A stretch of 64,000 nucleotides of DNA, from contig RSEE01000039.1 in the NCBI GenBank assembly GCA_003971905.1, forward strand, positions 372,001 through 436,000, read 5' to 3'. The translations under genes were made by a program, and so were the position numbers. Under the pieces are notes generated by a model. It made no database searches. It was not told where the DNA came from and saw nothing but the letters and a program-made list of their open reading frames with translations. Positions 58,414 to 64,000 of this stretch are shown one piece after another. This stretch comes from Moniliella sp. 'wahieum'. Its lineage: Eukaryota. The stretch's first letter is position 1. Each line of letters opens with the position of its first letter.

Positions 58414-58927
58414 GGTGGTGGCAAGCACTGCGGTTGGAACGCAATGGACTGTCGTTCCACAGCCGCAGAGGAGACCAAGCGTAAACGGGCGCAGAACTGT
58501 GCCTCGCTTGTCCGACGCATATAAGGCCCAGGGATCCAAACCTTTTTTTGGGGGGTCTCCCATGCAAACCGTATTGCTGCGGCGTAGATGCGGTCCCCGA
58601 AGCCCTCTTCCGCGGCCACATCCCGCAGCGAAAGTGACCACACACTACTATGATCCACCGTCGATGACTACTTTTACCTGTATGGTCACCTCTATAAACC
58701 CCCATCTGGTCTCAGGCCTGTTCTACATGCCGGCCAACTAGTAAAAAATACCGTAGTCCTCATCGTTCTTGTTGTGGGCATTTACATTCGTCCACTCGAT
58801 GGCTAATTGGAGAGAAGAAGAAAAATGGAGGGTCAGGAAAGACAAGGCGACGGGAGAGAAAGACGAAACAAGGAAAACCAAATGACGAGGCCGCGATCCT
58901 AGTTGCTAGCAGGAGGCATGTGGCGCA

Positions 58928-60132
58928 TCATGCCACCACGACCACCGGCACGGCCACCGCACGGAATCGCCTGCTTGATACGGTTCTTGAGCGACGACAA
59001 GCGCTGGGTGACAATCGACGTGACGCGGGTGATGCGCAGAATGGTGTCCGCGGGCGGGGCGGGGACAGGACGGAGGGGGAAGATGGGCGCGCGGAGACGA
59101 CAGCCGTGGCGGGGAAGCCCACAGGCAGCGTGACCTTGACGGACAAGTCCTCAATGGTGGATGCGTTGCGGCCGGGGAAGAGAGGCCGGATCGTTTCGTT
59201 GACCAATCCAAACGCACCCACCCCAACCGAGGCCAAAGGAAGCTTGTATGCACACACAAACACATGCCCCGGCCGTCGCAGCGCGGGAAACACTCACCGT
59301 AGCATTGTACGGTTTGGGGTGGTCCTTGGGCGGCTTGGGCTTCAACCCTCTTGGTCCAGAGGCGTGTCAAGATCCGCCGTGGGGGGCTTGGGCCACCCAG
59401 TTGGGATCGGGAGTGCTTGGGATCGGGAGCTTGGGCGGCCCGTGCGGGGGCTTCTTATGCGGAGGCTTCTTGTGAGGCGGCGGGATGCCCACCGGACCGG
59501 CCCGTGTGAAAGCCAGTTCCTTGACACCCGAGAAGGACCAACCAATAAGGAAGTGGCCGCCATGGTGCACCACCACTGGAATCTCCACTTCTTTGCCTGG
59601 CTCCAGCGTCGCACACACCTCAAAATGCGCTGGGTTCACGTCCATTTCCGAGTACCCAGGCTGCACACGTTCGACCGAAGTGGTTTGAGCCACGGTGGTC
59701 GCCCATAGGTCAGGATCCGCCGGGTACCCGTGGGTAGCCTGCATCATCTGGGCGTGGCGTTGGTACTGTTTATGGGCCTGGCGGATGGGCAAGTCAAACG
59801 AAACGGTCAGCAATGATTAATGATTGCGCCATCCCGTCGACGGAGGAGATGCATACCGAGCCAAGCGACGTCAATACGAGCCAAAAGCCGCCGGCATACA
59901 AGAGGAGTGCCAAGGCCAAGAAGAGTCCGGTGCGGCGGCGGTGCGATCCATGCTGGGCACAAGTGCACACGGGGCTGGAGGCCTGTTCGGCATCCGCATC
60001 CGTGCCGGCATCGACCTCAATGCTGATGGCCGGGGCGGGGAGAGGCACAGCTGGCTTTTCCTCGTCGGGCACGTCGGCGAGGAAAGGGCGTGTCTCGTCG
60101 TAGCTGGGAGGGCGTGAGGCAACAGGCGGCAT
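58928..60132 (-). CDS. Hypothetical type II membrane protein with Pro/His/Lys-rich segments
   Basis: MPPVASRPPSYDETRPFL.., RRR followed by TM helix TGLFLALALLLYAGGFWLVL, then a lumenal part with PPHKKPPHKKPPH. TATA-like TTATATAA at ~60247-60254. The 3' end is uncertain. Confidence 0.55.
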
Positions 60133-60836
60133 GGAGACGGTGAGCGGGTGGGTGGGGGCGCCCAAGAGCGGTGGCGGTGGGGTGGCAAAAGCAGGGCGGG
60201 TGGCTAGTGGCGGCCTGATAAATCGAGCGATTGGCGATAGCCATTATTATATAACCGCCCCCCGCACAGCGCCACAATCGCACCAGATGGGCTGCAATGT
60301 TCAATGTATCCTTGGCCTTAGGTGAGCGTGCCTCCCTCGGATGGAGGTGTGGCCCGAGCGCGCGCTGGGGTACGCTGCTGCGCAGCGGTGCGCAGCACTG
60401 GCGTGCGCAGCAGACCACTCCGCCTCGGCCACTTTTGCTGGCTGCCACGCCTGCCCCACGCACGCGCCGTGGGCGTACGGTTGACAGTGGTGTGATAAGA
60501 CATCCGCCCGCAGAGGCGGCGCCAACGCGTGTGGGTTTTAAGAGAGGAATGCACATTGGAGGGAATACAGCGTGTACGTGGGAGAGTCTATGACAATGCA
60601 GCCACAGGTAGAGGGATGCCAGCGGAGCTGGTGTACATTGGGTTACTGCCATCCCGTCGGGATATAGTTGGGGGATCTCACGAAAAGGGAGGGAGCGTCC
60701 GAGTGACAAAAGGTGGAACTGATGTGGTGCAGCAAAAACGGTATCAGGGTAATACAATAGGGAAAGTCAGTGTATGGAGGGAACGTCTGTGTGTGTGTGT
60801 GGGGTGTATACAATCGGAAAACAACAAAGTCCGTCT

Positions 60837-63800
60837 TTAGTGGGCCAGCAGAGCCCACCGCATCGACGTACGCAACACCCGGGGGTGAACATGGCCTATG
60901 CTCTCAGCCCCATTGTCAGCCACGCCGCGCTCCGCCGGGCTGAGGTCGCTGTACTCGTGCCAATCGGTCGCCAGGCCCGGAGCTGGCAGATGCGATGGCG
61001 CGGACGTAGTAGGAGAGAGGGGCGATACGAAGCGGCGTAGCAATCCTGGTGACGGCGGCTCTTCCCCTTCGTCCACAGTCACCACCCGGCTCAACGACGC
61101 CTCGGACCGGAAGCCAAACAGAATCTCCCAAACTCGCACGCGGCGTGGCGCAGTCCCACCCGGCCCCGGTCTTGGAGAGAAATCCGCCCGCGGTTCGACT
61201 GGGCCGACCAAAGCCGTCTCATCGCTGGTTCGCATGGAGGATCCCAAGCCGGGGAACGCAACGCTGATCCCTGGTGTCCGTCGTGCACGTGCTCGAGCTT
61301 GCATCTGCTCGTGGTGGCGGATTGCGGCACGATGCGGGTCGTACGACTTGCCCACCGAGCCGATTTTGGAGATGACTTCAAAGCTGACAAGCACGAGAAG
61401 TAAAGCGGCCTGAATGCCAAGCAGGGGCAAGGGATGCGTTTCGGCCTGCAACGTGTCCTTGGTCTCCTGCCCGGAATCTTGATGCCCAGTGGTCGAGGAG
61501 GAACTGTCTGGCAGACTCACAACGCGGTTGGTAACCAGCGGTACCAGAGCGGACAGTACCGCGGCCACGCCTCGCACTGCAATGCGAACCCGAGTAGAGA
61601 TGAGAGCAGTGTGAGGAACGTCGAGCGATTTGTGCAGGCACCCAATCACTGCCAAGCACGTAAGCACGACCGATACGCTTCCGCTAAAGAGCCAACCCAG
61701 GGAAGCAGTATGTCGACTGCGCAGCTTTTCATCCAATTGGCTCATCGATGAGGAGGTGATCGAGTTGGAATCGACGCTAGCTTGGTCCAGAATCCGTTCC
61801 ACGGCCGACCCAAGGAGCACCACGGCACCACAGAGAGGGAAGTAGATGGAAGTGTAGGCGAGAGAGATCCGCGGTCCTCGACGGAGCGCATGCACATAGG
61901 TCCGGCTCCCATGAACATCAAACGTGAGCCATGAGATGAGAAAGGCGCAGGTGATGGCCAGGGCCGAGGCGCCCCAAAGGCGGGAAAACCCTACCTCGGA
62001 CCTCTCCGGGTTGGACGACGCTGTAAACATGCTCGAGATGACCACTTCACCAATCGACACGAGGCAAAAAGTGTCATGCGCTCCGACATGTGCTCCACGT
62101 TGATGGCGGGTACGTGACCGAGGCCTAGGCTGGGAATATGGCCTGGTTTGAAGGTCCGCTTGAACCGTCCATGGATCCATTGCGTGGCCGTCGATACCGC
62201 ATACCGTAGTCCCAAATCCGTCACGAGCCCCGTCATGGTCAGGGCAATTACCGTGATGGAACTGTCAGCAGCCAAGATGGAGAAAAAATGCCAGCTAGGA
62301 CAGCGAGGCAGCCAGCTTGGATCCATAGCGCCCGACGGAACGCCGGGAGCCAATACCCATAACAGACCAGCATAATCAGACGGATCCCCTTGGCCCACAC
62401 GTAAAACGCGGTTGCTGCATGTAGACTGGAACGATAGCCGGTAGCAAAGAAGTATCCTCCGACAATGTGCGCTCTGGTATCCGCACACGATCCCAACCCT
62501 GAGTCCACCTCGGCACGACGGCCCAAGGCGGGTGGAAGCCAACGACGGCTCAGCCCCTCATCCTTGTTGACAGGCGTCTCGTCCCGGCACCCATCTGTGT
62601 CAGCAAAGACAATGTTTACCGCCGTCGCATTCGCGGCAAAGCCCGCCATGACAACCATGTAGACCAGGACGGCAAGGCGTTGCAAGACATCGTCCGTACC
62701 GGACTGGTTGATCCACGATCGCATGTCCCCCCAAATGGAGTAACTGAGGTAGAACACAATGGCAAACTTGGCGATGCCCACCCCATTGGATCCTTCGGCG
62801 GCTTCAGACGCAAGAATGTGACAAACACCAGCAGCTGCCATATCAAACACGAGTTCGGTCCGCGAAACTCCCCGTTCGTGCGTTTCACCATAGTACCTGA
62901 TAGAGAGGTCTCAGTATAAGTTGCCGTCATGCATCACATGCCAACGTAGCTGATACGATTGTGGGACTCACTTTCCATCATACAGCCATTGGCGAATGAC
63001 TGGCTTTCTGACAATGTGGGACCACGACAGAGGCGTTTCCGGAAGAAGGGGGCAATGTACGGCCCATCATAGCTGCCATGGACATGGTCAAAGCACTCCG
63101 TGGTAGGAGAGTGTTGATTGCCATGACCATCATCCTGCGACTTGCGCTCCCTCGCAGTGTCAGTGTCATGATATTCACCATCTCCACCGCCCTCCATCTT
63201 GTCCACTACGACAGGGCGGCAAGGCACCGTTGAGCGTTGATGGGCCATTCGCCCCAAACCAGGGTTGAGCGACGTGCTCCTTGATGCACGATGGGAATAA
63301 GGGCGGGCTTGGGGCATGGAGCTGGTGTTTATCCCGTCGATACTAGTACCACCACCGTACGCACGCTCGGCTTCCTCCACGTCTTCATGTGCATCGAGGA
63401 CCAAGTTGGTCTCGGAGATGCTGTGGTGGTACGGGATTTGACGGAACGCCAGTCCGTCGTCCGATCGGATTGGGACCGTAGGCGCCAAGGGGGGGAACGC
63501 ACTGGTCTTATGGTCCCAAGTAGCATTCTCCACTTGGTAAGACGACGATGCGATACTGTCACGGGTGGAGGGGACGGGAGATAAGACCGAGTGCAGTTTG
63601 TTGTCCGTGGGGGCTGGGCGTGAAGCATGTCCAGACGCGGCCGAAGAACGTACATCAGTCGAATACGCATTGATCAACCAAGCTATCTCATCACCTGGTG
63701 GGGCAGTGCCTGCTTTGGAGGGAGAGGGACCCAGATCCATGTGCACCGGTTCGGGACTCTGAGCTACCATGGCGGTGCCGGTTATTGTATCCGCAGCCAT

Positions 63801-63899
63801 GTAGGCAGACGAATGAGGAGTGTGCCTGGACGTAGGCGGGTACCAGGCCGGGGTGATGGTGGCGGAACGGTCGGGTGTAGGGACGCGGTTCGGGGGCAT
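60837..63899 (-). CDS. Low-temperature requirement A (LtrA) family multi-pass membrane protein
   Basis: ELMFDMAAAG, YSIWGDMRSWINQSGTDDVLQR, PAINVEHMSERM..F.LVSIGE, WLTFDVHGSRTYVHALRR, GWLFSGSVSVVLTCLAVIG.LHKSLD. Confidence 0.82.
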
Positions 63900-64000
63900 G
63901 AGGGTTTGCAGGCGGTCTTGGGACGATAAAGGGGAGGTTGTCTGCGCATCTTCACCCGACCAAGCGGAACCATCGATCCACCCAGGTGACCACCAGGCCG

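Overview
Gene-dense eukaryotic nuclear DNA from a GC-rich, intron-poor fungus, most likely a basidiomycete yeast. It has short GT-AG introns with CTRAC-like branch points and basidiomycete-type homologues. Nearly every gene, including essential ones, is broken by 1-2 nt indels, mostly at homopolymers or short repeats. This points to an unpolished long-read consensus rather than pseudogenes. Recognisable genes, in order: a secreted double-DPBB (expansin/RlpA-like) protein, NAC-beta, ATP synthase subunit e, DPB2, a Tcg1-like 2xRRM protein, ATP2, GH105, ProRS, DDX41, a fasciclin, POL5, CK1, tRNA-Gln, a group III HAMP histidine kinase, tRNA-Phe, GCP4, an Ime2/MAK-like kinase, Rvs167, a long-chain acyl-CoA synthetase, CYSTM, an H2A.Z-like histone, a RING E3 and an LtrA protein. 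I found no mobile element or CRISPR array. Most notable are (1) a clearly divergent H2A.Z-type histone, (2) recurrent intergenic arrays with a 7-bp T[CGA]A-N4 period, often with palindromic cores, in unrelated sequence families, (3) an Ime2/MAK-like kinase with STY and DLG in place of TxY and DFG, and (4) a small spliced orphan gene. All gene calls come from motif recognition by eye; no searches were run. Ends of frameshifted genes are approximate.
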